From: Octopus sinensis
Taxonomy: Eukaryota
Length of the DNA stretch: 64,000 bases
Direction of reading: 5' to 3'
NCBI RefSeq assembly: GCF_006345805.1
Contig: NC_043002.1
Location: forward strand, 100,192,001-100,256,000
In this document: positions 12,473 through 26,760 of the stretch, piece after piece
Numbering within the stretch: position 1 is the stretch's first letter
How the letters are laid out: every line of letters begins with the position of its first letter
Made by a program: the position numbers and the translations under genes
Notes under the pieces: generated by a model
The model's input: only the letters and a program-made list of their open reading frames with translations
Databases searched by the model: none
What the model was told of the DNA's origin: nothing

Positions 12473-15455
12473 ACGAAAATACTATATATCTAAGAACTTA
12501 GGGATGCTAACTTGTTCCACGAGTGAGAGTGTTATGTATTTCCTATATTAATGTTCCAGCATCTCAAAACTCGAGGGATTCTGAAACAAAATTGAATCCG
12601 CTAGTAGGTGGTAATAGCATTCACAAATCTTATATTCGTATGTTAACCAATGCTGAAGGTGTTTGCATGGTTCACATTATGTTAAATAATTGGTGCAATT
12701 TACACCGTTGGTTGTTCAAATGTTATGAAATGAAATTAAACCTTACTCTTCATTGGTAATGTATCGTAAAAAAGCATTCATGGTGACTAGAACGTACAAT
12801 TACACATTCTTCCGATGTCACAATCAAACTTTATTTTCTGTACAGTAGGAAGCAACCTGATGATACAGAAATAATTTTAGGAACGAATCATACTCACACA
12901 GATGTTTAAAAAATATATAACCAATATGTGCCTCGGATAATGTCTTTCTTGTACAATTGATGCTGGAGTGAATTAAGTCTTTTGGTCATTTTTTAATCAG
13001 ACAGCTATTGGGAGATTTTTCAAGAATGGCAAAAGAAAACTCACGAACAAAACGGGAGAAAGTCTAACCGCTAAGGATTTATTTTTCTGTTGTACTGTAA
13101 TAGCTAACTTTGAAAACGTATTCATTCTTCATATATTTTCACACGTGATAAGCTTTGGGGAATTGCAGAACCCAGCATTGATATGTAGAATATCTTAGTC
13201 AGGAGTGAGCAGTAAGGACTATTCATGTGTTCCCAATTTCAATCTGTCTTTACATGATGTGGAAATTTTTAAAAGCCGATTTCTCTGCGTTTCTTCACTA
13301 TGACATAGTTTTTCTCCTCACTTGCTTGGGAGGCTTCTTGACGAATGAATTGGAAAATCCTTTTGTGTTTTCGTAGTCTTCAATGTAAAGGTCAATAATG
13401 TGTGTAGTTTTAATAACTTCCAAAAGCTCATTCTAACTGATAGAATGTGGAAGATCTGCCGTTATGATACAAATAGGGTATCACGATAGCAGTGAAGCAG
13501 GAGTGAATCTTCTTTAATAACAACCCCAGTCTCGGTCATTCTATGGTATACATTTGACACGTAACAGGTTCTAATATTTTGCATTTAGGAATGAAACCCA
13601 TGTTGATCAAATTTGCAAGAAAATCCCTGATTATAAAGATATGTGTGTGAATGTATATTTGCCTCGATAGGGGTTGTAAATGAAAGAAATGAAAACACCT
13701 AAGGGACTCAAATGGAGGATAGATGACTATATATCATATATCTGTTTGTTTATGTAGTAAAGTATTGCCGTAATTTTGAGGCACATTTCAATTATAATCT
13801 CCTGAAGTTACAGAAGCACTGATTGCATTTCGTAAATGCATATGAGTATGTGCTCAGAGTTTTCTGGTCATTTCTAATGTAGTAAACTTTCTCAAATTAC
13901 ATCGTATGAAATATGAAACACAGTTTGAGGACCTTATTCTGTCTATTACATTTCAAAATGAACGTGTTATTATATAGATGAAGAAATGATACTGAAAGCA
14001 GCTAAGAACATACTTTGTTGCAAATTAACTGCAAGTTGAATATTCAGAAAAATCTAAACCCCATTTTGTTACTGATTATCATCTTGGTACGTCAATTCAG
14101 CAACTGACAATGTTGTACCAACTGATTTTAATCAATTTAGAAGAGAAGATAAATTTCATGGGCTCGAGTTCAAATTAAAACCATGAAGAAATAATGAAGT
14201 CTTTGTTATGAGTGCCTCACTGCAATAAAATAACGCAGTGGTAGGAGACATTGAAGACATTTGATTTTGAATGCAGAAGTAACTGCAAGGGAGAAAAGAC
14301 TCAAATAGAATAGCTGAGAAATAACTTCACATTTATACCCTATGGTTGCTTTTGTCTTCCAAGGGAAGAATTTTCTATTTAGTTGGTTATAGTAGGTTAT
14401 CATTAAAGGGAAACAATGAAAATGAAATTGTGTTATAGGGATAGCTATCAAATTTTGCCGTATTTCCAACTGGTTATAACGAAGAGTTTTTAAACAATTT
14501 TTCGCTGAACCCATCTCCATTAAGTGTTGGAGATAATACTGCTAGTGAATGAGTATACGACCATCATATAAGAAGGTGACTGTAATAATATTTAACATCA
14601 TCAGAATAAACTCTATATAGACTTTACTGATCAACTGTTTGTAATATTTTATTGCATATAAAGATATAAACTTATATATTTATAGTACTCAATCGTTGAA
14701 TGTCAGCCTTTATTACAAACTTTCTGATGGATCCTGTCATAAATATGGCTTCAATTTGTTATCTTTGTTGGAAATGCGTATAAAATGTGCTTAGAGGAAA
14801 TAAATAATAAATTGAAAATTAAAATATATTGTGGGTACCAATATTAAACTGCTTGGAGCAGACATAATAGTTTGTATGTAAGAAACAATTTCCAGAGAAC
14901 TTATGAGCGCGTTTTGATATATATTCGTAAACGAGGAAAATCAAAATCTATTAACTTGTGTGTGTTGACGAGACCTCGAGCAATATATTTCGTTTGTAAA
15001 AGATTCTTTCGCAATTGAGTAAAGTATCATTAATTTACAGTAGTGCAATATAGGAGATGATATTACATATAAAAGACAGATAGAAACGGTTTCACTGAGA
15101 ATTGTATGCGGCATATGTATATATAATATAATTCAGACATTTCACATCATACAAAGAAAATACTGAAATATTTTTGTATTCATTTTTTAGTTATTTGTAT
15201 TCCACGTTTTGTAAAATATATTTCAATTAACGAAGTAATTCAAAGATATTTACCAAACTTATACATGTGTGTGTGTGTGCACACACATACATATATATAT
15301 ACATATATATATATATATATGTGTGTGTGTATATATATATGCATTGATATTGAAATGCAGGTATATATTTAAATTATGTTCGTCCGTGCATATAGATAAT
15401 TACTAACTTAAGTTCTCATGGATATTTTCCCTGAGCAGATACCTACATACATACG

Positions 15456-15534
<79 letters not shown>

Positions 15535-15538
<4 letters not shown>

Positions 15539-16658
15539 ACGAAACGGACGGAATCGCCCGCCGTCGTCGCTCGTCCCGAACGGCCCACACAAGTTCCGCC
15601 ACGGAACCCAAAGAGGCGGAGAGAGGAGAGGAGAGATACAACAACAACCACAACCTCAGCACAGAGATACAGAGGCACAACCCGAGATACAACCCAAAGA
15701 GAGGCAAGGCAACAGAGACACTGGCTTATATTTAACAACAGTTTATACGACAATCAATGGTTACAACATCAAATACATTTAAGGCAGACATTTAAAGGAA
15801 GACATGCACGTGACTACTCAATACATCATGCAACAGATCAAAGCATAATACAACAGCAATTCAAGAGTACAGTTCAAAGTTCACGTCCGAAGACAACAGT
15901 TCTTTAAAGTCTCTTTCTAAACATCACAGATAAAGTCACATCAACAAGTCCTTTACTCAATTCTGAACATAAATACCACAACTCGATAATCGACATATCG
16001 ACAAGTCCTTGACTGTTCTTTCCACTGTTCAATACATCGTGACACGTATCAATGCACAAACACATACCTCAATTCCTAATTGAATCGCCAGTGTCCCATT
16101 CCTCTCAATACTGCTAAATCCTCTGTACATATCCCTTCTGTGCCGCCAAGCTTTCTCGCATCCCAGCTTGCTCGCTAAGATTCCAACGCTTCTAAGATTC
16201 CATCTACTCGCTCTGACTTCCAGGATCCGACTGTCTTCTTCGAGGACCGGCCAGCGACTCCAAGATCCGTCTGTGTTCCTCGACGACCGCTCAACGACTG
16301 CCAAGACCTCACTTCGTCTCTGTGCTTCTTCCACTCCCTCATCTCCCTCTGTACCGCTCATACCCTCTCTAACTGTCCCTTAGTCTTATACTCTATCTCT
16401 CTCATGACAGCTCTACCATACTCTCTGCCTGTCCTTCTCTCTTACTGTCAATACCCTCTCCATCTGCTCTTAGATTCCCTTAATCTGTCTTCCTCTTTCA
16501 CATTCTCACTGACCCTTTTCTCAACCGCACGAGGTCACAGGTCCTTCCAAAACTCATCAGTCTCCCACTAAACAAAAGACTGTCACATTTTCACCAGACA
16601 TACTGGAACCATATCCACGATGTGGGTCAGAAACACTGCACTAGTTAAACCCGTAACA
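15535..16658 (-). mobile_element. Solo LTR (1124 bp, Gypsy-like termini) inserted in (TA)n
   Basis: TG...CA termini with a 7-bp inverted repeat TGTTACG/CGTAACA and ATAT on both sides. No coding remnants. Minus-strand TATAAG at 16385-90 suggests the orientation. Confidence 0.75.
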
Positions 16659-17515
16659 ATATATATGTGTGTGTATGTGTGTGTGTGAGTGTATGTGTGT
16701 ATATATGTATGTATGTATACATATGTATGCATTTACATATATATATACACCACACACACACACATATATATGATGACTTCATAACTGCATATGCCCTAAG
16801 CATAACCTTTCCAGATATTTGCTCTCATTTCTTCTCCACATTTTTTCAGTTCAATTGGTGTCCTTTTTTTAACTGTTGTCATTCTATATTAACGCTTGTC
16901 AACTTTCTTATCTTTTTCTCTCTCTCTTCTATCCTTATTTCTTCTCTTTGTCTAACACTAGCTCCAATTTAGTCATTCAGTCTTCCGTGAATATCAGTTG
17001 ACACACTTCACTGACGAAGAATTCTACACAATATGTCAGACTCCTCTTTTCCTGCAATATAGCAAAATACATTTTTGTTCCAGAGTCTAACCAGGAAAGC
17101 ACAATTAGCTTGTCTTATAGAGTACACATTTGTAGCTAGATTTCTCCAATCCGATACATTATAAGCTTATATACATGTATTTACAATTTAACACGTATGA
17201 TTTCAAATAATTCAGTGCAGTGATGTCAGTAGACACTTCTTTATGATATTTTGATCTCCTGAAACATGACTCGAATCAGATATGAAGATAAATCCATTTA
17301 TTTTTTTGTCACTAAGTAGATTGAACCCATATTCCCATTCTGTTGATCTGAATTATATTTATGAATCATTTTAATTAAACGAAAGTGATATTGTAAATCC
17401 AATATATGTAAATCAATGTGACTATCGAAAATGGACTTAAGGTAAAAATATTATAGGATATCAGTGCGCTAGTTACGTAGATAAGACAGTTAACATTGAG
17501 TCGGTATCTTGTATC

Positions 17516-17751
17516 TTGAAGGCGGCGAGCTGACAGGATCGTTAGGACGCCGGGCGAAATGCTTAGCCGTATTTCGTCTGTCGCTACGTTGTGAGTTCAA
17601 ATTCCGCCGAGGTCGACTTTGCCTTTCATCCTTTCGGGGTCGATAAATTAAGTACCAGTTACGAACTGGGGTCGATGTAATCGACTTAGTACCTATGTCT
17701 GTCCTTGTTTGTTCCCTCTGTGTTTAGCCCCTTGTGGGTAATAAAGAAATA
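17516..17751 (+). mobile_element. SINE family B, full length
   Basis: aaggcggcgagctgacaggatcgttagg...gaGTTCAAATTCC (B-box)...gtcgatgtaatcgact. 13-bp TSD ggtatcttgtatc at 17503-15 and 17752-64. Confidence 0.88.
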
Positions 17752-17835
17752 GGTATCTTGTATCGTTTCACCATAGCAGAAACTATTGTTTTGGAGAAAA
17801 TATCATAGTATACCTGAAATTTATTTCTTTTTCAG

Positions 17836-17902
17836 CCCCCAATATTGATGTTGAATGTTACGGTAGTTCAAGCCCGTGATTTAGAGGCAAAAGATGCTGA
17901 TG
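17836..17902 (+). CDS. BAIAP3: Internal coding exon (67 nt, phase 0 to 1) of a BAIAP3/Munc13-4 family gene; start of the C2A domain
   Basis: Acceptor tttctttttcAG at 17834-35 and donor G|GTAAGT at 17903. Translates PPILMLNVTVVQARDLEAKDAD-G, a C2 beta-strand plus first Ca2+ loop, and splices in frame to the 40555 exon. The symbol is a family-level call (BAIAP3/UNC13D clade) from recalled similarity to AKDxxGxSDPYCMLGIxP. Confidence 0.85.
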
Positions 17903-20719
17903 GTAAGTACCTAAAAGACGTTTTTTGACTAATGATTCGTATGAAATAACTAACTATCGGGTTCATATGAAATTTGATGTCTTAATATTTGTGGCGCATT
18001 GTTGAATGAACCTTCGTTTTATTTAAGAAATGATGTACTATTACAAGTTTTACCCCCTTCATTTCAGCAAATTCATATAAAGCATATATGCGAAAATTAT
18101 TTAAGTGATATCGTATTTAATGTAGTGTAGACAAGAATTCAACCCACATATACAGTAATAATTAGAAATGCATATTCATTCGCTATCATAGTAGAATGAA
18201 AGTCAGAAATGGGACGCTCTTAAATGACAAAAACGTGAATAGGTGAGAGTACATAAAAAGTAAAATAAAATTAACTACAAAGTTCTAGGTAGATGTTACG
18301 TGTACATCACGTTTATTATTCACCGAAGCGATAAAAATATATGAAGAAAAAGTTTGATCTTTCTCACCCCTGAGTCAACACTCTATCTAGCATGTAACTG
18401 ACTGTTATATGGTAAATTCTTCCAGCGCAAAGCCTACAGTCTTTATATTTTTGTCATCAAGTAAAATCGCCACGAACTTAAACTTAGCTGTTTATAACAC
18501 TGTTGTTGCAACTTTATGACAAACTAAGTGCAAATATGTTACTCAGCGTCGAAAATATTCATTTTAATTGTAAATACTTGTATATCCAACACTAAAAATT
18601 AATCCTATTAATAAATTGATGTAGTGTGAAGCTTAACAGGTAATATTTCTAAATCGCTTCTTTTATTTTCAATTTTTAATTCATTTTCTTAACAAAACTC
18701 TCTCAGCGTGTAAAGTAACTATAAGAGTGTACATCATTTCTATGAAAATTGACATGGAATTCCCGTAGCTGCATATTCCAAAAATTGAAACAAACCATGA
18801 TGACATTGAGAAACCTTGACAAGTTTTCGAATTTAATTAAATATTCTGCTACTATCAGGAAACTTCGGTTATTTCAATTAATTTTACTGCTACTTGTAAA
18901 ACACACAGAATTAAGTAGCAGGAAAAAATAGAAAATTGTCTGATTTAATCAAATGTTTAGCAATGTTTCGTTGGATTCAGGAAAATCATAGCGCGAGAAC
19001 AGGTAAGATAAAAATTAATTTCGCAAATAAAAATATCTGATAAATGTCTTCACGTAATCAGAAGAAAATTATACAAAAAAAAACTCATTTGATTTCTTTT
19101 ATGTCATATCTGTGTTATGTTATATCTTTAACGAATACCCAAATGATGCATGCATAAATTTTTAGAAGTGTGCCAGATATTATAAATTGTTCGAGCACAC
19201 GCACACACAAACATACATATTAAACACACTTACAGGCGTACGTAAGTGAAACGAAAATGAGGTAAGAGAAATAATTCGTGGTGGCCAGTGACATATATGT
19301 GAACAACAAAACAAATAAGGATATATTAAATAGAAATACAAAATTTCATGCTCTATTAAAACTATTTGCGCTTCCGCAGTCAGTAGCTAATAACTTGATG
19401 CAATTGGTATAAACTACAAATGTGAATGGTAGACAATCTCAGAAGTAAAGTATTCTCCAAAATTGAAAGGTCATGAAAAACAGGCATCTTTTTTCTGAAA
19501 ACTAGAGTTTTCTGCCTTAATAGGCATTATAAGAACAGCACAAGTAACACTTATATACAAAACAAAGGGTAGAACAAATATTTCCAAAATACATTTACCA
19601 AAGAAGATGGTATATATGTGTGTTCATCTAACCAAACCACACATATTAAGCGTTGTTATGAGTATAATATATTTACCTGATAGGTAATAAGAAAATTGCA
19701 GATCGACAGATAAGAATTATTGGTAGATGTTACTAATAATCTTATAAAAAGAATGATTAGGTAAGGTTATAAGGTGAAATATTTAATTAAACAATTCAAT
19801 TGTAGTTTAGATTCACATATTATATTAAGTTTGGTATTATTTCAAACTTGCAATAAATTTATAAATTAAACGTTTGACATGAATACGAAATATTGCTAGC
19901 ATTACAAGCACCGTTGGTTAACGGAGATTGGCAAAAGGTTAGGTATGTGTTCTATAGATTATTCTATGTTTTATTCTTTCTATCTTTTTCCCTTTTACTT
20001 TCCTTCTCTTAGTATGATGATGACAAATTCCGCTTTGGAATCTTTTATTCTACAGTTAGTTCTGGCTCGACCAAAATTCAGTAGGTTTTCACGGAACGAA
20101 ATAACACTCATTACACGATCGACGACTAAATATTTGCCTTTAGCCTTTTTATCATTTTATTACATTACTGTCTCTGCTTTTGTAATCAAAGCGTTTTATG
20201 TTTCTCTTTTAATATTCAGCTATAAGTATTTCATCATACATTTATATGTGCATTATAATTTTCGTCTTATATAGTGGGCAATATTTATAGGCTTGAAATT
20301 TGTATTTCGTCAAAAATGTTGATGCTACTACATTCTCAAATATTGTTACACAGTATTTTCGGGTTGCCTTTTCACCATCGGTTTAAATTGTCGAAATGGC
20401 GATGATATCCATTTGAGGACTAATGACTAAGTATCCCCATCTACGTCAAATATGTACTTTGCTTATCCTTTAATGCATCTGCTCATCGTCACTGCCTTGT
20501 CTGATTTGTTTAATAAGGCTGTATTATCCTAGGTAAATCAAGCAAAACAAATTAGGTTTAGGAGAAAACGTTAATACTAAAGTGAAACTGTTTGTTTTTG
20601 CGAAGGATTGAAGGCTATTGAGTTTGAATTGTTTTTAAAAGAGCATATATAAACATCGTGTATACTTTTTTCATGTCAGTCCAAGCTTGATACCTTTTAA
20701 TCATTTAAATATATGTATG

Positions 20720-20751
<32 letters not shown>

Positions 20752-22487
20752 GTGTGTGTGTGTATGTGTGTGTGTCTGTGTGTGTACACATAAATGTATT
20801 CAAATCAGAGTGATATGTATGTATAAGATGAATAGATAGTCGTTTGTTCAATTCATACTACATATGTTTTATATGTTTCAATGAGGTTGTAATTTATTTG
20901 TCATAATATGATTTGATATAACACAATTCACATTATTTAATATCATTATCTTTAATTACCTACCCTCACAATGTACGTCTTGAACCATAGAGTGCTAGAC
21001 CGATTTATCAGTCCTTTGCTTACAACGCCTAATGAGATATCAGGTTATAAAGCGTAGTAAGTGATGAACAGTATGTAATAAATCGTGGGCAAATAAAATA
21101 TAATAATATTGAAACATGTGTAGCATGAATTTGACTAATGACTATCAATTCACCTTCATGCATTCTCTGTTTAATTGCATGATACTTACAAGTGATTTTG
21201 CAAAAACTACGGTTGCAAAATATATAATATAAGTTAACAAGGGAAGACTGCGCTCGGCGTAAAATACTGTACTCTTCCTTTGTTTTGTGTACACACAAAT
21301 ATGACTTCTGGTGTGTTTCTTTTATTATAACCACACATATTGAGCATATTACAAATCAACTACACACTAACAGCTAAATAATTGAATAAATCATATGATA
21401 AAGGAAAACAAAATATCAATTACGCTAAACAGCGAACTTGTAAATTGATTCTGAATATATACTATGTTATTTAATGAAATTTTCGTACCAGCAGCAAGTT
21501 GCAAGCAGATGAAGCCATGAGCACAAGCTTCGAACAGTGTATAGACTCAAATGAAATTGTGAAAGGTGTAAATTTCAGGACTAGTTATGACAATGTCAGC
21601 TGATTTTACACTCGCATTTAATGGTAATTGCAAAGTTTTCCATACAAACTAGGAATGCATTACTGGGCAACAGTTCCATAGAAAATGGAGGATAAAGGAT
21701 AGAAGAAGTTTACAAATGACTCGGTACGTGGCTGAAGTAAACGCAGGACGAACATGCACATGTCAGAAGCAAAAATGACTGATGAAGATCAAATCTAGTA
21801 ATTCAGACATGCTTACCATTTATGAGTCAGCAACAGACGCCAATATTCCTACATTTTGAAGATGAGTTTAAGACTGTCTTGAAAATTTGATAGTGAATTT
21901 AAGAAATTTACTCTTATATAAATTTCAATGAACTAATACGAAAATATGAATAAAGTATTATAAAATACACAAGTCTAGAATAAACTAGCGTTTTTCATAT
22001 ATACACTAGCCTTTTCAATATACACAAATATACATGTATATTATATAACAGCACTATAGGATAAACCAAGAAACATATGCAACAAAATACCTGAAGAAAT
22101 ACGTCAAACGACAAAGACACAAACGTCTGAGAATAAAGAAAAGTGTGCCAGATTAAATTCTTCAAAAACGTCAATAAATCAGTGAAAGAGTAAGAAAAAC
22201 GTATTACCCAACATGTACTCAAATCTTAATAGTATACAGCCATCACTCACAGGATTAACTAAGCACATTAGTTTAAATAAACTAAGCAATCTCAGCAAAG
22301 AAAAAATCGTTCTACACAGGAAGATAAATTCTTCAAACTTGTACAAAATATATTCACTATAAACCAACTTATCTTTCTCATTTCCAGTACCATCTTCCAT
22401 CTCCGACTGAAATATGACTTAAACAAAATAATAATTTTGGAAACACTCTATCAAACTCTAGAACATTATTTATATACACACACAGAC

Positions 22488-22659
<172 letters not shown>

Positions 22660-22689
22660 TAAACCTGAGCCGACTGTTATAAAACCAGT

Positions 22690-22830
22690 AACATACAATC
22701 GGCAAAGTTGTTCGCGTGTCAGGTAAAATGTCTTTATTTCATATCCTACGCTCTGGGTTCAAATTACATCGTGGTCAAAGTTGCCTTTCATCCTTTAGAG
22801 TTCAATGATAAAAAATATCAATCTAGAATG
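22690..22830 (+). mobile_element. Degenerate SINE family B fragment
   Basis: tctgggttcaaattacatcgtggtcaaagttgcctttcatccttt matches the family B core at 17590-17640. Confidence 0.6.
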
Positions 22831-23381
22831 GTGAAAGTTTGGAACTATATGAACGTGGATCGTATACCTAGCGAAATTTGTTTCGGCTATTTGAGGTCCG
22901 CAATGAAATACCACCATGGCCTATTTGTGTGATAGATATAACGTAGCCAGTTTTAACACCGCTATTTGGCTTTTTGTATGGGTTTAGCAATATCCATTCC
23001 GTTGCAAGAATGCTGGCCAGATTTTCTGTTTGAAGATACATTCCTTACACCCTCCTATCAATCTCAAAGACTATTTAAAATATCATTGGCAATGGCTTTC
23101 CTCCTCTTGACTACTATATAAAAAATGCACAAGAAGGAAGGTAAGCAATACCTGCATAATTCAGGAAACGATACTTAAATATGCATGATTCACAAAAGCA
23201 ATATATTTATAATCACGGAGGAAGAGGAATATATCGTGAATATTAAGAATTTACTCAACAGGAACAACAAATATATAAGGATTCGTAAAGGCTATACCAC
23301 GCAATTAAGAGTTAAATTGAAATAAACTGATTACAGGTATAAACACATGTAGGACCCTGTACTGATTAAAGCTTCTCTCTA

Positions 23382-23427
<46 letters not shown>

Positions 23428-23431
<4 letters not shown>

Positions 23432-23716
23432 AATTGCAGCGTGGAAGGTGTTTGTAAGCCATGTAAGAAACACACAAAAGCCGTTCGATTCACTTCAAAA
23501 TTTAAGTTTAATTTGTCAAATATTTTCGTCGCTAAAATCCGCGACCTGTTCACTGACAAAAATCCAGAGATGCAGCACGGATTTTTGTCAGTGAACAGGT
23601 CGCGGATTTTAGCGACGAAAATATTTGACAAATTAAACTTAAATGTTGAAGTGAATCGAACGGCTTTTGTATGTTTCTTAAATGGCTTACAAACACCTTC
23701 TACGCTGCAATTGTTT
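23428..23716. repeat. Near-perfect 289-bp palindrome (138-bp arms, 13-nt loop) next to (TA)n
   Basis: Arms 23428-23565 and 23579-23716 have 4 mismatches in 138 bp. Loop agagatgcagcac. Confidence 0.95.
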
Positions 23717-26700
23717 TCGTTTCAGCACACGATCTCAGATCAAATCACTTGCTATGCGAGTACATCCCCTATATATATATATATATATATTAAGAACAGT
23801 AAAACTATACAAAGAGAAGAACTTCCTCCGAAGCATAACAAATGCATAATAAATACACATCTTTACCAAACAAGAAAGGCTGAAAAGATCCAGCAAGAAA
23901 TCCTTCGAAGACATTCTAATGGTTTTTTGGGAAGGCGTTATCACCAACGTCGATGCTCAATATCTGTTAACACATTTTTCAATGGCTCAAAAACAGCAAG
24001 AAAGAAATAATCATAGAAAGACCACAATACAATTTATTATACTATTATTGGCGTATACAATTGATATTAACAACACTAATTTTGTAATAAAAGCTGTGTA
24101 CTTATTCGTTTGTTCATCTTCATAATGTTCTGTATTTCACAATCGATTCTAGATCATAAGCGTAGTAAAACATAAGCGTACGATATATATCGTTTATATA
24201 GAACAAACGCTCGTATATAATGGGCTTAGGGAATGATGTCGTGTAATTAAATGATGACCTAGAATAATCTCAACAGATATAATTCCGAGCAGAAAAATGC
24301 CTTCACTTCTATACTAAAATATTCACGTACTAAATAACAGATAAATAACCCCACGCCCCTTTACATCAATGCATCCATAAAGATTCGTGCGCACGAGCCT
24401 ATTTGTTTACTGCAGTCACAGCACACTATCATGTGAGTTTTGAATAAACTTAAATTTAAAGAATAAAGTAAAAAAAATTAGTGTTTGGGGTAAACTAAGA
24501 TACTAGTTATATCGCAGGTTTCGTCTCCTTGTGGTCTGAAAACTGAGAAAACTTTGAGAATGTTCTTCTTAGATCTTCGCCAGAGAAAGAATCTTGTATT
24601 CTTTCCACGAAGGAAAATGTGTAGCTTACGTATATTTATGTCTATAAACAAGGAGTCAGCTAAACTAGTTAATATAATTTGTACGTTCAAAATCTTAATT
24701 AATTCTGGACTAGGCAGCGCTCTTCTACCGTATAACTTTCAATAAACATACAGTTTTGTTAGTCACTACGAGGGTTTTTTCTTTGTTAGAATACAGGTAG
24801 TTACTGCAAGGTTTTTCTTTCTTTTTTAGACTACAGAAAATAGAAAACCTGTTTTCTAGTGGTCTAAAATCGTACAATTATTGTTAGATCAATTCCTCTT
24901 TTTCTGCCTAGGGAAGGATTGAAGCTGCAGTGTAAACATGGTTTACTTTTTAACATCTTTAATATTGCACTTTTCAAACATGTTTACTTTACATTTCAAC
25001 TTACGTATTTATGTATATATGTATGCGTGTGTTTGTACCTGCACGTCATTGGTATATATGTGTTGAGGTGAATATAAGAAAACGACTGTACTTTGTTAAA
25101 TATTCATGCGTCAGTACGTATATAGTTCATAATATCATCCGTGAGAAATTTACAGTCTAAAACTGCTGTAAATTTGTTTTTTGTTGGCAATAAATAACTT
25201 TGTGTGAAATAACATTTCCCAAAGCGGATGTGCGTGATTTTCAATTTATTTTCAACAAAAAGTGTTAAAAGTTATTTTCCTAATTGTTGCGTGTTACAGC
25301 TTCATGTTTATTTCCCTTCGAATTTGCAAGTTTAAGTTTTATTATTTTTTTAAATTTTTATTTTTATGTATTTTTATACAAGATTTTTTAATGAGATTTG
25401 TCTTTTGGTCACTGATCCAGATAATATTTCAGCCTGGTGAATAAATTGAATAAAAACCAAAAAAAAAAAAATATATAAGTGCATTTTGTTAAATCACTTT
25501 TTAAACAACTAATAATAGTAATAATTTTACGTTGGATCTATCAAAAGAGAAAGTGTCATATAGCACGAATTACTTGTAATATCCTTCCTTCTCCGGAACT
25601 GTTAAGGTCGATATTGTTAAGAATATTTCTCACCCAATTGTATTAATAATTCATTTTCATGAGTGGAGTATATCTGTTGATAGAATGCCGCAGAAGAGAA
25701 ATGTACACGTAAGCTAGTATATAGAATATTAACTGATACATAAAATGCTTAAACACCATGGAAGTGTTACGTTCTGCATATTTTATAACTTAGACAGTAG
25801 GAAAATGTCGTACCCAATACTTCTTGTAGTGCCTCCAAGAGTAATGGGGGTAAGGGGATGAATAAACCACGATTCCTTGTTTAATTCAGTTTGAAACTGT
25901 GCATCATATATTGTGTTCTCTTCGCATGGAATTCCTCGAGATTCTCCCAGTTAATAAATCCCAAGGGCCATGCAGTGGCATAAAACCGAGTTACGTATTG
26001 ATTCTACAACTTGTGATGTTTATTACATTGGGTGTTATAGATGATTACCTACCTAACTACTAGATACACACACACGCACATATACGCAATATTGCTTACA
26101 TCTTGACAGGAGTTAATGATGTTTCAATTTAGCTCTCCAATGAAAGTGGCCAGATATGTACATCTTAATGCTTTCCTAAGCGTGCGCGTCCTTATCTTAC
26201 TTGTATTATCATCTTACATGTATTATTATCTTACATGCATTATCAGGGTATTATCATGACTCTTACAATTTTGATAATTGTACTTATTTTGTTAACAACT
26301 TTCCATATTTAGATCCAAGAATACCCTTTTCCCATATTGTATTTTGTCTACTTTATTGAATTCGTTGTGTCATCGCTGATATCAGCATATCATATAAACT
26401 TTATAATGTTAACTTCTGGCTACAAATTCTGCTGAAGCCTGCTGTTACTACGCGGCCAAGATATATATTAAATAAACAGAATAAAAATGAGACTGAACCA
26501 GATGCGTGTATAAACACAACCAGTCAAGATTTGACAGCCAAACATATATGAAAAGCACCACTCATATACTAAAGTAACTCCTAATTTTACTGATGCCTAC
26601 TTTTATCCATTTTTCCACATTTCCATTCTCACCCAGATGGTCCTCAATTGACCTTTACTATTACACAACTATCCACTGCACCTTCCACTCTGTATCGATT

Positions 26701-26726
26701 TTTTCATTAATCACCTTTCTTTTCTC

Positions 26727-26760
<34 letters not shown>

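Noticed and set aside
12900-14650. Complex, microsatellite-free tract that might be a decayed transposase gene
   Set aside because: No catalytic motif, TIR or sustained reading frame could be recognised by eye; a translated search would be needed.
23588-23625. GTCGC/GCGAC stem followed by GAAA within the palindrome arm
   Set aside because: The preceding bases (gtgaacag) do not fit CUGANGA, and no stem I or III partner is present.
26195-26245. Three 17-bp tandem units (also a 22-bp direct repeat at 51194-51242)
   Set aside because: Ordinary slippage duplications with too few units, and without unique spacers of array type.
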